In this document: one piece after another, positions 10,011-20,499 of the stretch | Position numbering within the stretch: the stretch's first letter is position 1 | Layout of the letters: each line of letters begins with the position of its first letter | NCBI GenBank assembly: GCA_002508315.1 | Contig: DAHE01000043.1 | Coordinates: 1,228 to 65,227 of the forward strand | Direction of reading: 5' to 3' | From: Thermocladium sp. UBA166 | GTDB lineage: Archaea > Thermoproteota > Thermoprotei > Thermoproteales > Thermocladiaceae | Length of the DNA: 64,000 nucleotides | Notes under the pieces: model-generated | The model's database searches: none | Seen by the model: only the letters and a program-made list of their open reading frames with translations | What the model was told of the DNA's origin: nothing | Made by a program: the position numbers and the translations under genes

Positions 10011-11036
10011 ATGAAGATAAGGGCAGTCACTTTGTTTCACGATGATGTAAGCGACTTGGATGAGGTGCTGAGTAGGCTGGACCTGGCAATAAATGAGGTA
10101 TCTAAGGAAACGGGACTTGAAGTGCTGACCCGTCGAGTCACGTTTCCATACATGGGGTCACGGCTTAACGTTGGGGAAATAGGCAGGATCGTTGAGAGGC
10201 GAGGCTACGTGTACTCCGCCTTGGCGGCTAGGGACTCCATTAATGCTGCATTGCTGGCTAAGCTGCTTATCACGACTAAGTCCTACGGTAGCGTGTTTGT
10301 GGATGATGTAGATAAGGCGGGGACCGTGGCTGAGGTGCTGCGGGTAATCTCGCAGGAGGGCCCTGATGCCGCTAAGAGATTTGCAGCCTTGATTGGGTAC
10401 GAATTGGAGACCCCATACTACCCTGCCTCCGTTAATTTGAGGGGAGGAACAGGTATCGCGTTGGCCTTGCTTTACCCTAAGGATCTAGTGGGAGTAACTA
10501 GAATTGAGGATTTAAGGGCCAAGTTATCCTCGTTGCGGTTAGCGGAGGAGTTTGGGAGAAGGGTGGCTGACCTAGCAGGCATTGAGTATAGAGGCATCGA
10601 TGCATCCCTATCCCCGTGGGGATGGGAGTCGGTGGTCGACGTGTTGGAGCAGCTTGGTCACAGGCTTAGCTCTCCTGGCTTCATGATGTCCATATGGCGC
10701 GTGAATAAGGAGTTGATGGAGCTTCCAATAAAGAGGCTGGGCTTCAATGAAGTTATGCTTCCCTTGGCCGAGGATGAGAGATTAAAGGAGCGGGCCAGGT
10801 CGGGGGAGTTATCATTCAAGGATTTAACAATGTATTCCTCAGTGTGCGTGGCGGGCGTTGACATGGTTCCAATACCCGCCTCCGACCTGTCCAAGGTACG
10901 CGGGGTAGTGGAGGATCTCTACTCCATATCTAGAGCCAAGGGACGGCCAATAGGTTTACGGTTAATTCCAGTAAAGGAATCGAGGGAGGTCGAGGTAGAG
11001 GGATTCGGTTCTACCCCAGTGCTACGCATCTATTAA
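10011..11036 (+). CDS. DUF711/UPF0210 family protein
   Basis: MKIRAVT start; GIDASLSP, GFNEVMLPLAED, SSVCVAGVDMVPIP, KGRPIGLRLIP; TTAAA box 24 nt upstream. Confidence 0.8.
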   Translation: MKIRAVTLFHDDVSDLDEVLSRLDLAINEVSKETGLEVLTRRVTFPYMGSRLNVGEIGRIVERRGYVYSALAARDSINAALLAKLLITTKSYGSVFVDDVDKAGTVAEVLRVISQEGPDAAKRFAALIGYELETPYYPASVNLRGGTGIALALLYPKDLVGVTRIEDLRAKLSSLRLAEEFGRRVADLAGIEYRGIDASLSPWGWESVVDVLEQLGHRLSSPGFMMSIWRVNKELMELPIKRLGFNEVMLPLAEDERLKERARSGELSFKDLTMYSSVCVAGVDMVPIPASDLSKVRGVVEDLYSISRAKGRPIGLRLIPVKESREVEVEGFGSTPVLRIY

Positions 11037-11156
11037 CGTGATGATCGGTTCCCCTCCCCCACGCCGTTAATCTAGCGGAGGGGATCAGGGAATTTGGCCC
11101 CATTACAGGGGGGTGGAAATCTCGGCGGCGTTTACTATCAATTCCCTGCGCGTAAC

Positions 11157-13538
11157 TTACTTGCCCAATTCTATTATTTTCATGCTGATCCCGGTATTTT
11201 TTACTTCTTCTGATATCACGCTCATCAGCGTGGAATCCTGCGTGGCGATTATCACTTGATTCGTTATTCCCTCCCTCGATATATTCACCAACAGCGCGGC
11301 TAGGGCTTTCTTGACGTTCTCATCAACGTATGGAAGGGGTTCGTCCATCAAGATGAAGCCGAACTTATGATCTATTAACTTATACATAGCCAGCACGAAA
11401 GATATGGCTATTGTGAGTCTCTGTCCATCGCTTAGCCTGGACATGGGCACCTTTCTCCCCCTCCTAATGGCGTAAAGGGCATACGCGTAATCCCCCCTCT
11501 CGCGTTGCTCGAGCTCTATAGCCACCCCTCCTAAATCCCCGTATGGGTATATTTTCTTGAACATGGAATTGAACTCTCCCGCCAATCCCTCTATTATTCG
11601 TTGCCTTGCCTCTCTTTGGACCTTTAATAATCCATCCCTCACCCTCACGAACCTCGATAAAATCCCCTCCAACTCCTCTACCTCCTTCAGCGTTTTCTCT
11701 ACGTCGATGCCCATGGACTCCACTTTAGACAACTTAGTCTCGAGCTGCATGTACTCCGATCCCAATACCTCCAGCCTATTCCTAATGGATTCAAGGCGAT
11801 TATTGACCTCGCCCAGCTCGGACTCCAACCTAACGGCTTCCTCAACGTTAACATCGTGATCCCTCAACAATTGCTCCAACCCAGTTAACTCGCTTCTTAT
11901 CTTCTCAATTCTCTTGGCGCGCTCCACCTCCTCATAAGCCTCCTCCAGTCTCTCCATTCTTTCCCTCACCACTGGGAGGAAATTGGATAGATCCACGTAC
12001 TTGCGCTCCAGATCCCTAATGGCCTTTTCCAGTCTCTCCATTTTACTTATCTCCTCCTCCAGCCTCTCACGCGCTCCTCGGGCCCGTTTCTCCAGCTCAA
12101 CGTATTGTAGGTAGATGGGATGGAGAAGCTCCGCCTCATTTACAAGTCTCTCCAGCTTGTCAATTCTATTACGTAGCTCCCCAACCTCTCTCTCATCTAT
12201 GTCTATCCTAATGCGATCCAATGCCCCGGTCTCCAGCTTTGACCCACATATAGGGCACCTATCACCTCCGCTGGCCTTGATGTGGTTTATCACGACGGAG
12301 AGCGCGGATTTATAGCTGGCCTCCGCCTCCGCCTCCTCGTACCTGGACTTGAGTCGCTCAAGCTCAGCCTTGGCGGCAGGCAATCCCCCCGCCTCCCTCT
12401 CCGCTGCCATGTACCTCTCCACGCTCGGCTCCAATGCCTTGATTCTCTCATCCATGAGCGAAACGCTCATCCTTAGCTTCTCCAACTCTTCCCTGCTCTT
12501 CTCCGATTGATCCTTGTACTGGCGCAAGTCATCTCCTACCTCCCTGGTTCTCTCCTCCAGCCTCTTTATTGAGTCATACATGGCGGTAAGCAATTCATCC
12601 ATTGAGGATGCCTTAGCCAATGCCTGGGCCTCCGCCTCCATTAAGTTCTCCTCCAGTCGAGACATCAACATGGCCCTCAACACCTCGGCCTCCCCGGCTA
12701 CATCCAGCTCGCTTCTCTTGGATGCGGTCTCCCTCGATTGTAGCTCCTTGAGCTTCTCGCTCAGCATTATGTACTGCCTATATTGGGCCTCCACGTCCTT
12801 TATCTTGCCCATTATGGCGCTCCTCCGCTTTAGCATACCCCCGTAAGCCGCGCTGAGCTTCTCCAACTCCGCTTTGCTCCTCTCCACCTCCTCCCTAAGC
12901 TCTGCCGCGCGGCGTTTCGCCGCCTCCAGCGATCCATATCGCTGCCTTAACTCCCTGGCCTCCACGGCTCCCGCAATTGCTTTTTTCCTCTCATCTATTG
13001 CCTTGCTTACCGCGTCTATCGGGAGTAGCCTTAGAATTGAATCTAAGTAATCTATGTCGAATAGCCTATCTATTATCACAGTCCTGCGTTGCGTGGATCC
13101 ATACGCTAATTGCTCCAGTGTTCTGTGGGTTATCAGGATGAATCTTTCAAAATCATCATCGCTCAAGCCAATCAACTTGGATAATTCGCTCTCATCCCCT
13201 TTATTGCCATTTATTATTATTTCCTGTCTTGCAGAGTCCTTCTGCCGTACGAGGGATCGCTCTATATTCAATTCATTATTTCCATTCAAGAAGGATATGC
13301 CTACCTTAGCGTAATCGCTGTCCTCATTTATTAAGTCCGAGAGTCGAGCTATTTTCTCCTTGACCTCCAGCTGTTCCCCATACAATGCATACTCTATAGA
13401 CTGTATCAAGCTGGACTTACCGACCCCTATCGGTCCATGGATCAACGTGAGCCCAGGCCCGAGCTCGAATGCCTTCTCTCCCTTGAATACCTTGAAATTA
13501 ATAAGCTCTATCTTGCCTATGGTATACTTCATGCTCAC
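11157..13538 (-). CDS. Rad50/SMC-like ATPase with zinc hook (possibly arcadin-4)
   Basis: Walker A GPIGVGKSS, long coiled coils, central CPICG hook, LSDGQR signature, FILMDEP Walker B. Confidence 0.85.
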   Translation of the reverse strand: MSMKYTIGKIELINFKVFKGEKAFELGPGLTLIHGPIGVGKSSLIQSIEYALYGEQLEVKEKIARLSDLINEDSDYAKVGISFLNGNNELNIERSLVRQKDSARQEIIINGNKGDESELSKLIGLSDDDFERFILITHRTLEQLAYGSTQRRTVIIDRLFDIDYLDSILRLLPIDAVSKAIDERKKAIAGAVEARELRQRYGSLEAAKRRAAELREEVERSKAELEKLSAAYGGMLKRRSAIMGKIKDVEAQYRQYIMLSEKLKELQSRETASKRSELDVAGEAEVLRAMLMSRLEENLMEAEAQALAKASSMDELLTAMYDSIKRLEERTREVGDDLRQYKDQSEKSREELEKLRMSVSLMDERIKALEPSVERYMAAEREAGGLPAAKAELERLKSRYEEAEAEASYKSALSVVINHIKASGGDRCPICGSKLETGALDRIRIDIDEREVGELRNRIDKLERLVNEAELLHPIYLQYVELEKRARGARERLEEEISKMERLEKAIRDLERKYVDLSNFLPVVRERMERLEEAYEEVERAKRIEKIRSELTGLEQLLRDHDVNVEEAVRLESELGEVNNRLESIRNRLEVLGSEYMQLETKLSKVESMGIDVEKTLKEVEELEGILSRFVRVRDGLLKVQREARQRIIEGLAGEFNSMFKKIYPYGDLGGVAIELEQRERGDYAYALYAIRRGRKVPMSRLSDGQRLTIAISFVLAMYKLIDHKFGFILMDEPLPYVDENVKKALAALLVNISREGITNQVIIATQDSTLMSVISEEVKNTGISMKIIELGK

Positions 13539-13699
13539 ACCTCTATTCCATATTTTGATAGCAAATCTTTGAGCTCATCCTTAACCCCCCGAGAACCCCT
13601 TGCCTTATATGCATCATACAAGGCAATCACTAGATCCGCATCATTCCCCAACTCCCTCCTTAACAAATCAATGATGATTTCATCCAGCTTTGTACTCAT
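13535..13699 (-). CDS. Small helical hypothetical protein (54 aa) translationally coupled to the SMC-like ATPase (possibly arcadin-3)
   Basis: MSTKLDEIIIDLLRRELG...; 4-nt overlap with the ATPase gene; TTAAAAA box about 25 nt upstream. Confidence 0.65.
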   Translation of the reverse strand: MSTKLDEIIIDLLRRELGNDADLVIALYDAYKARGSRGVKDELKDLLSKYGIEV

Positions 13700-14372
13700 T
13701 GCTTGCATGCAATCCCATGCTTGGGTTTTTAACTCTTTGGGAAGCAAACACCTTCTTTAGCTCGTCTCCAACATCTTTAAGTGTTGAATTAATCTCATCA
13801 AGTTCCTCAAGTAAACCCCTCATAATTGCCCTATGCATGTTCGGTTGCCTCCTTAATTCATCTACCTGCTCTTCAACGTTATCAATCACTGGAACGAAGG
13901 CTACTATCGCCATGATTGCTCCCCAGAATATGGCTACGGCGCCCAGTATGGTGGCGGCCACTAAGAATGGCCAAGTGCCTATCTTGAAGGCCATGTAGAA
14001 TAGGGCCACGGGCACGCCTGCACCTATGACCAGGCCCGAAACGGCCATGGCTGCTATTGACCCGTACGGGAGCGTGGCCGTTGAGACAGCTCCAGCAGTA
14101 GGTTTCCTGTCTATAAGCAACCTGAAGTCCCTCACCGTGTAGATCTTCCTTAGATGGGGCCTTGGCTTCTCCTCCACTACGTAGGACCCCTCTATTAGGC
14201 CGGCCTCTTCCAGGATTTTCAAGTGCATGTGGGCCAGGGCATAGGGTATATGGAGTCTCTGAGCTATGTCCTGTATAAACGTCGACTCCAGGGTGAGCAT
14301 TAGCAGCATCCTCACTCTCAGGGGATTCGCCAGAGCTCTTCCAATCTTTACCAAGTCCTCTTGGGACTCCAT
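13680..14372 (-). pseudogene. ArsR-family HTH regulator fused in frame to a two-TM/coiled-coil membrane protein fragment (probably a degraded cassette)
   Basis: ALANPLRVRML...HLKILEEAGLI wHTH, then an abrupt switch to hydrophobic sequence; ORF runs on through the next gene's promoter. Confidence 0.5.
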
Positions 14373-14398
14373 TTAAAAATCAACCACTCGACTCATCT

Positions 14399-14946
14399 CT
14401 AGCCACCGCGTGCCTGGTTATTAAGACTGATGCAGAGGAGTAGTCCAGTACCCCCAGTAGTCCCCTTGGTCAGCGTGGCTAGGTTTAGGTTAAGGTCTCC
14501 CTCAACCGTGAGTGCCATGTATGTTATTGGTAGAATTAGGGCAATGTGCCTTAGCATCGCTGGAAGTACGGTTATTGGGTAGTAGACCGGGGCCAAGAGG
14601 AGAGGCAATGGGACTATTTGGGAGACTTGATTAACCGCCCTATAGTTCCTAACCCCAATCCCCAGGGCATAGCCTAATAGGGCCGAGGCGAGCGATATAA
14701 ATATGGCCACTGCCAGGACCAGGGCTATCTGGGTTACTCCGTACCTAATCCCCATTATTGCCACCGCTAGTGCTAGGAGGGCCGCTGTTGAGGGTGCTTA
14801 ATGCCACGACTTGCATGATGTAGCCCAGAGCAATATCCAAGTGGTCTGCCCCGTTGGCGAACAGCGTGCCGTAAATGGTCTCCCTCTTGAAGCTTGAAAT
14901 GTCTTGGAAGGTGCCTATGAAGGGTATGTTGAAGTTCGTGCTCCAT
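14399..14946 (-). pseudogene. Frameshifted ABC-2 type exporter permease remnant
   Basis: LLAPVYYPITVLP..LPITY ABC-2 motif in 14399-14764; upstream part (FNIPFIGTFQDISSFKRETIYG) is in another frame; no partner ATPase. Confidence 0.6.
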
Positions 14947-15054
14947 GTACGTTGTATTGCCGACTATTTTAAGTAGCAGTCCAATAATTGAGGCTTCACC
15001 TGTAAATCATTGTGCCTAGTCATAATTTAAATAAATTAAGCCGGATGCCGGAGC

Positions 15055-16083
15055 TCAGGAGGGGAGTGATACGATTCCATCATTCAATAATTCATTTATG
15101 AATTGCGGGGTCTGGCCCCATGTGAAGAGCAGTGCCGGCTTTAATGGCGTCAATCCGTAACTCGCTAGGAATGAATCGTTTCTCAACAAGAGTTCAATAG
15201 CTGATTGGGCTAGGGTGGAGTTATTGGAATTGCCTGGGATTGAAATGAAGAGGTAGATTGGTTCCCCAACGAATGTCTTGCCCGCGGTGGTGTATTGGAA
15301 CCTGGAGTAAAAGGAAGAAAGCCGAGGGTCCCCCAGGCTTAACTGGGGCGGTAATTCGATGTACTTCAAGTGATGGCTTATTGCGGCCGATTTATAGATG
15401 AAGAGGAATTGTAACTGCCCCGCCTCGAGCGGTGCTATTAGCTCAGCCGCATTGGTTGCGCTCCTATTGCCCGAGTTGGCGATCAATCTATCCAAGAACA
15501 TGGATTCATTCCCTGCATACAAGTACCCAGCTATTTCAAGTGATAGGAACGCGCGGTATCCAGCGGGGTCTGTAAGCGGATTTGATATCCCAACAAGCAC
15601 GCGGCCGGAGGTGAGGTTCATGAAGGCCAAATACGCCAAGTGGGTATCGTTCTCTGCGAAGCCTTGATTCAGCGCATCTACTATAGCTAGAGCGGTGGGA
15701 TTGTTGAGGGATGCATTGGAGTATGCCAGCACCAATTCATCAGATGCGAAAGCTATCGCCCAGTCCGGAGCGTAATTGTCCAGATACGCTGGATAATAAG
15801 CTTCCTTTGCCACCGATATGAAAATAGTTGACGGAACTGACTCCATGGCTATCTCCCTTGCTAGCTCAAATGATCCTTCCGAGTACACCTTATACTGTAC
15901 ATGGAGGGCATGCTGAAGGATGGAGCCTAGGGCATTTCCCTCCCCGGAGTACGCGTCTGCTACATCTATGAATAACTCGCTTCTTGGAAATATGGGACCC
16001 CCCTTAACGCCATGCGTGATCACTACTAGGAGGACCAATATCAACGTTATTGTTATTATGGCCACCGTTAGAGTTTTCCTCAT
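15055..16083 (-). CDS. wtpA: Tungstate/molybdate ABC transporter substrate-binding protein (WtpA-like)
   Basis: N-terminal TM/signal; GSFELAREI, SNPLTDPAGYRA, FLFIYKSAA motifs. Confidence 0.75.
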   Translation of the reverse strand: MRKTLTVAIITITLILVLLVVITHGVKGGPIFPRSELFIDVADAYSGEGNALGSILQHALHVQYKVYSEGSFELAREIAMESVPSTIFISVAKEAYYPAYLDNYAPDWAIAFASDELVLAYSNASLNNPTALAIVDALNQGFAENDTHLAYLAFMNLTSGRVLVGISNPLTDPAGYRAFLSLEIAGYLYAGNESMFLDRLIANSGNRSATNAAELIAPLEAGQLQFLFIYKSAAISHHLKYIELPPQLSLGDPRLSSFYSRFQYTTAGKTFVGEPIYLFISIPGNSNNSTLAQSAIELLLRNDSFLASYGLTPLKPALLFTWGQTPQFINELLNDGIVSLPS

Positions 16084-16170
16084 GAGCGGGCACCCCCGAT
16101 GCGCTGTATTAAGCATAACGGAAGCAGCTGGGCGGCATTGATTAAAAGGTAAAACGGGCACCTACGCAGC

Positions 16171-16938
16171 GTGATGAGGATAGCTGCATTGATTGGCATT
16201 GCCTTAATGTCGCTGCCCGTGTTGGTGGTTATAGTGTACGGCGCGCCCCTTATGACGCGTGGGGTTGGGTTAAATGGATTAGCGGAATCCATAGAGCTAA
16301 CCCTGGCATCATCGCTGCTGGCCGCGGCCATGGACGCCGTGCTCCTGACGCCCGCGGCGTACTTCTTCTCGCGTCACCCAGCCAGCGTCGCGGATTCGAT
16401 TGCGGACCTACCGGCGTCGATACCTCACCCAGTGATAGGCATTGCAATAGTACTGGCCCTATCTCCAACCACCCCAATCGGCGCTGCGTTGGCCGATCTT
16501 GGATTCAGGGTATTCGATGCCTTCCCCGGCTTATCGCTGGCCTTGATGGCGGTCTCGTCCCCCATATATTATAGATCAGCCAGGAACTTCTTCGAGTCAA
16601 TGCCGAGGGATCAGGAGGAGTACGCTCATACCATGGGGATGGACGAGACCTCCACTTTCATTAGGGTTGTGCTGCCCCAGTCAATTAAAGGCATAGCCAA
16701 CTCCGTATTGGTGGCCACGTCGAGGGCCATGAGCGAATTCGGCTCTGTGGCCATAGTTGCCTATTACGTGTTGACCGGCCCCATTCGCGCAATGCCGGCA
16801 TCAGTCATGATCTATAACTCCTACTCGTACAGCGGCGTTGGCGCCGCGGTCTCCGAGTCAGCGGTTTTGGTGTTGGTGGGCCTGGCCGTGGAATTGATCT
16901 CCAGGTTGTTGGGGTGGGGGAGGCAGCGATGGTGGTGA
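16171..16938 (+). CDS. wtpB: Tungstate/molybdate ABC permease (WtpB/ModB-like)
   Basis: DLPASIPHPVIGI, EEYAHTMG EAA loop, SRAMSEFGSV. Confidence 0.8.
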   Translation: MMRIAALIGIALMSLPVLVVIVYGAPLMTRGVGLNGLAESIELTLASSLLAAAMDAVLLTPAAYFFSRHPASVADSIADLPASIPHPVIGIAIVLALSPTTPIGAALADLGFRVFDAFPGLSLALMAVSSPIYYRSARNFFESMPRDQEEYAHTMGMDETSTFIRVVLPQSIKGIANSVLVATSRAMSEFGSVAIVAYYVLTGPIRAMPASVMIYNSYSYSGVGAAVSESAVLVLVGLAVELISRLLGWGRQRWW

Positions 16939-17522
16939 CGGTGAACGTGAAGAAGGCGTATGGGGATTTCAAGCTATCCGCATCTGCATCCATGAAAGGC
17001 GTGGTTGCCCTGCTTGGAAGAAATGGAAGCGGAAAAACAACCCTGCTCAGGATAATAGCAGGGCTGGAGAAGCCGGACTCCGGTCATGTGTTAATAAATG
17101 GAGTGGACGTAACTCGACTACCTCCCTGGGCGCGGCGCGCCGCCTATGTATCCCCCACCACCTACATCCCGCATCTACGGGTCGAGAAGCATTTAGGCAT
17201 AGCCAGCGGATTGGAGCTGGACTATGTCGAGGATTTACTGCGGGAGTACTCAATACCAATGCAGGAGAAAGTGGGCAGGCTAAGCATGGGGCAGAGGGAG
17301 GTGATTGCCATATTAACGGCTTTATCGTCCAGGCCCAAGGCATTATTGCTTGACGAAGCTGCCGCTAACATATCATCCCCGCTAAACGTGCTGGGTCCAG
17401 TCGCTGCCACGTGTAGGGAGGTCGGGATAGACGTGATATACGCCGCCCAGGGCGGCTATGAGGAATTATTCGATGCAGTGTTTCACATTGATGCAGGTAA
17501 GTTGAGCTACTCCGCTCCGTAG
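16929..17522 (+). CDS. Short ABC ATPase of the tungstate/molybdate transporter
   Basis: GRNGSGKT, LSMGQRE, LLLDE; overlaps the permease stop. Confidence 0.75.
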   Translation: MVVTVNVKKAYGDFKLSASASMKGVVALLGRNGSGKTTLLRIIAGLEKPDSGHVLINGVDVTRLPPWARRAAYVSPTTYIPHLRVEKHLGIASGLELDYVEDLLREYSIPMQEKVGRLSMGQREVIAILTALSSRPKALLLDEAAANISSPLNVLGPVAATCREVGIDVIYAAQGGYEELFDAVFHIDAGKLSYSAP

Positions 17523-17701
17523 AGGTTTTCCCCTCGTTCCAGATTGGATTGAAATAGTGAAGATCCATGGTGACGCCCGTAAAACCACCATCGCCGGCAA
17601 CAAAATGCTCCGCGTCCCGCTTGGGGGTTCTTCCAGTCTTAATTTTAGCGGGGCATTCGAGGGAATTAATGCTTATATAGTTGATTCGCTTAGGCCCTGT
17701 C

Positions 17702-18115
17702 ATGAAGTATAGGTTGATGGACGTGCTTGCCTGTCCATACGATAAGACATTCCCGCTCAGGCTAGTGGTGCTCGGGGAGCACACTAGGGATAGGAATTAT
17801 ACGGGCAAGGTACCGTTTTGCGAGCTTTACTGCGCATTTAAGGGGATGAACATAAAGGATATGGATGATCCAAGCAAGGCGCCGTGCGCTGAGTGTTATA
17901 GGCACGAGATAGAGGAGGGGATCTTGTACTGCGATAAGTGCCACAGGTGGTACCCGATAAAGGAGGACATACCTATACTTCTACCAGATGAGCTGAGGAA
18001 CTTAAACGAGGATAGGGAATTCCTCGCGAAGATTAAGGATGGATTAGCCAAAGTAGATCCAAAGCTGGCGGATGAAATAATAAATAATGGAAACCCAGTA
18101 AACCTGAAACAGTGA
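17702..18115 (+). CDS. trm112: Trm112-like methyltransferase activator
   Basis: MDVLACPYDK...EIEEGILYCDKCHRWYPIKEDIPILLP. Confidence 0.8.
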   Translation: MKYRLMDVLACPYDKTFPLRLVVLGEHTRDRNYTGKVPFCELYCAFKGMNIKDMDDPSKAPCAECYRHEIEEGILYCDKCHRWYPIKEDIPILLPDELRNLNEDREFLAKIKDGLAKVDPKLADEIINNGNPVNLKQ

Positions 18116-18227
18116 AGAGGATCCGCTCAACCGCGTTGGGTAGGGAGGTAATGCGTGTCGTTGGATTAATGTCCAACCGCTTGCCTTTGCCGCAATAGAT
18201 GATGGATTCACCCACATGCGTCGTTGC

Positions 18228-20474
18228 TCATAGGTAATCGGATAGATCGCCGCTGGGCTCCTCGTCTCTAGGTACCCTAGTTATCCTGCCCGTCTCCACG
18301 AGCTTCTTGGCCTGCTCAATGAGGGAGTTAGCCAAGGTAGGCCCTATCCCCCTTGCTTGCTGTAGTTTGGCGGGGGTGGCGTTAGCTATATCCTCTATTG
18401 ACTTAAAGCCGGCCCTGTATAACTCCCTGGCCCTGGCCCTCCCTATTCCCTCCAAGTTCAGCGCAAGTTCCAACGCATCGGCCTTTATCCCATGCTTCAC
18501 GCGAAGCCTGAGCATTCCTATCCTTCCAGCCAATTCCCTCAGCTTTAGGACGCGGGCCAGCTCAGCCATTGCGCCCAGGAGCCAATCCAATTGATCTATA
18601 TACATGCGAAGATCCCCCGGCTGGGCATCGTATTGCTTCAGCAGCGCGTCTTCATCAACCTCGTTCGTCCAGTCCAGCATCATGGTCGCTGTCTTTAATT
18701 CCTCCATGAATGGATTCAGTTCATCATCGTCGTAATCAGGCAAGGTCGGCGGCATTAAAGGTAGCCTAGACCAATTGCGGATCAAGGCATCGCTCCATTT
18801 ATCCTCCTCCCCCCTCTTAACCCTGAGCTTCGGTATCTTCCTTGATTTCACGGCCAGGAAAAGCAGATTCAAACTGCTTGCCTTGCCATTTAATTCCCTT
18901 AATCCCCTCACATAATCATTGGCCGTGTATGGATCGATGTAAGTCCTGTTAACGGCTAAGCCAAGTGGCGTCGCGGCGAATTCCCCGCCGCTCTCCTCAA
19001 TGAAGCCGGACTCCATGAGGAACCTCAGCATGTCCTCGACCCTCCGCATCAAGGCATTCCTTTGAATCACGTTGCTAGCTATCCTATACTGGGAATACGC
19101 TAATGTGTTGGATAGGAAGCCGTTTATCTCGTTCAGGTTGCTCGCATAACCGCTGGCTATTATGGAGAGCAGATTAAATGCCAAGTTCTCCTCAACGAAG
19201 AACCTGGAAACCACGTTCTCCGGTTCCGCATTTACGTAAAGATCGAATAACCTCCTTGCCTCCCTATCATTTGATGCTATCAATACGGCCTCTCCATACG
19301 GATCAAGGCCGGGCCTACCGGCTCGCCCAGCCATTTGCTTGTACTCCATAACCGGTATATCCACCATCCCCTCCCCAGCCTCATATCTCCTGTAATCCCC
19401 TATTATCACCCGCCTAGCCGGCAGATTAACTCCGGCTGCCAGCGTCGTAGTTGATGCCAATGCCCTTATGATCCTCTGCCTAAATGCATCCTCTATAAGT
19501 CTCCTCACCTCCAGCTCCAGCCCGGCGTGATGAAACGACGCGCCGCATCGTATTAGTTGGGACAGTTCATCCCCAAGCAACTTAGAGCTAGACGCGGCCC
19601 TCACCTCCTCAGCCGTGCGCGAGGCGGCCTCGGCGTCTATCAACTTGGATTGAGAATCGCATATTGCCTTGGCTAACTGTTTAGCTACCTTGACAGCGCT
19701 GGACCTGGATGACGTGAACACTATGGCCTGTCCCCCGCCGTTCAGCGAATCCATGGCCAGGGATATTACGGGATCGCCCGCCTCCCTCACCCTTATCTTG
19801 GTTCCATCATTAAACGATAGGAATGGCCTTAGGTAAACGCCTTCCCGCAGCGGTATCGGCCTCCAATTGGTCTTGACTAGCTTCGCGCATAGCCAGTTGG
19901 CTAATTCCTCGGCGTTCCCTATAGTCGCGCTCAGCCCTATTATCTGGGGAGTCAATCCCAGCAGCTTTATCTTGGATATTATTGACTCTATTATGGGCCC
20001 CCTCTCGGGATCGCCTAGGTAATGCAGCTCATCTATTATTAATTGACCAACATCGCCGAGCCAAGCCGGCTTATGCCTGAGTATGCTGTCCAGTTTCTCG
20101 TATGTGGTTATTATTACATCGAATGATTCCAGCCACCTATCATCGCTGTCGTATTCCCCAGTGGATGCAGTTATCCTTATCCCCAGTTCCTCGTATGCCT
20201 TGAAATCCATCAATTTCTCGTATGCCAGCGCCTTTAGAGGCACCGTTACTATGGTCTTCCTATCGTTGATCAGCACATTGCTTATGGCCGCCACCTCCGC
20301 TAGGAAGGTCTTCCCGCTAGCGGTTGATGTTACCATCACCACGCTCTCGCCGCTCAATATGCCTCTTCTCACAGCTTCTTCCTGGGGAGGGTAGAGTAGC
20401 TTGGCATTGCGCTTTTCCTCTATGAATGACTTAAGCACGTCCGGCAACGATAAATCAGCTATGAGCATTGGCAT
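18228..20474 (-). CDS. hel308: Ski2-like DNA helicase Hel308/Hjm
   Basis: TASGKT, IIDELH, LSATIGN, FHHAGL, TLAAGVNLPA, QMAGRAGR, C-terminal HhH GIGRARAR. Confidence 0.92.
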   Translation of the reverse strand: MPMLIADLSLPDVLKSFIEEKRNAKLLYPPQEEAVRRGILSGESVVMVTSTASGKTFLAEVAAISNVLINDRKTIVTVPLKALAYEKLMDFKAYEELGIRITASTGEYDSDDRWLESFDVIITTYEKLDSILRHKPAWLGDVGQLIIDELHYLGDPERGPIIESIISKIKLLGLTPQIIGLSATIGNAEELANWLCAKLVKTNWRPIPLREGVYLRPFLSFNDGTKIRVREAGDPVISLAMDSLNGGGQAIVFTSSRSSAVKVAKQLAKAICDSQSKLIDAEAASRTAEEVRAASSSKLLGDELSQLIRCGASFHHAGLELEVRRLIEDAFRQRIIRALASTTTLAAGVNLPARRVIIGDYRRYEAGEGMVDIPVMEYKQMAGRAGRPGLDPYGEAVLIASNDREARRLFDLYVNAEPENVVSRFFVEENLAFNLLSIIASGYASNLNEINGFLSNTLAYSQYRIASNVIQRNALMRRVEDMLRFLMESGFIEESGGEFAATPLGLAVNRTYIDPYTANDYVRGLRELNGKASSLNLLFLAVKSRKIPKLRVKRGEEDKWSDALIRNWSRLPLMPPTLPDYDDDELNPFMEELKTATMMLDWTNEVDEDALLKQYDAQPGDLRMYIDQLDWLLGAMAELARVLKLRELAGRIGMLRLRVKHGIKADALELALNLEGIGRARARELYRAGFKSIEDIANATPAKLQQARGIGPTLANSLIEQAKKLVETGRITRVPRDEEPSGDLSDYL

Positions 20475-20499
20475 GTGGGGCTTCAGTGGGTTTAAGTCT

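Noticed and set aside
11038-11150. GTGATGA C-box and inverted repeat (CAGGGAATT/AATTCCCTG) between convergent genes
   Set aside because: No D box at a suitable distance on the plus strand; could be terminator-related; too weak to call an RNA
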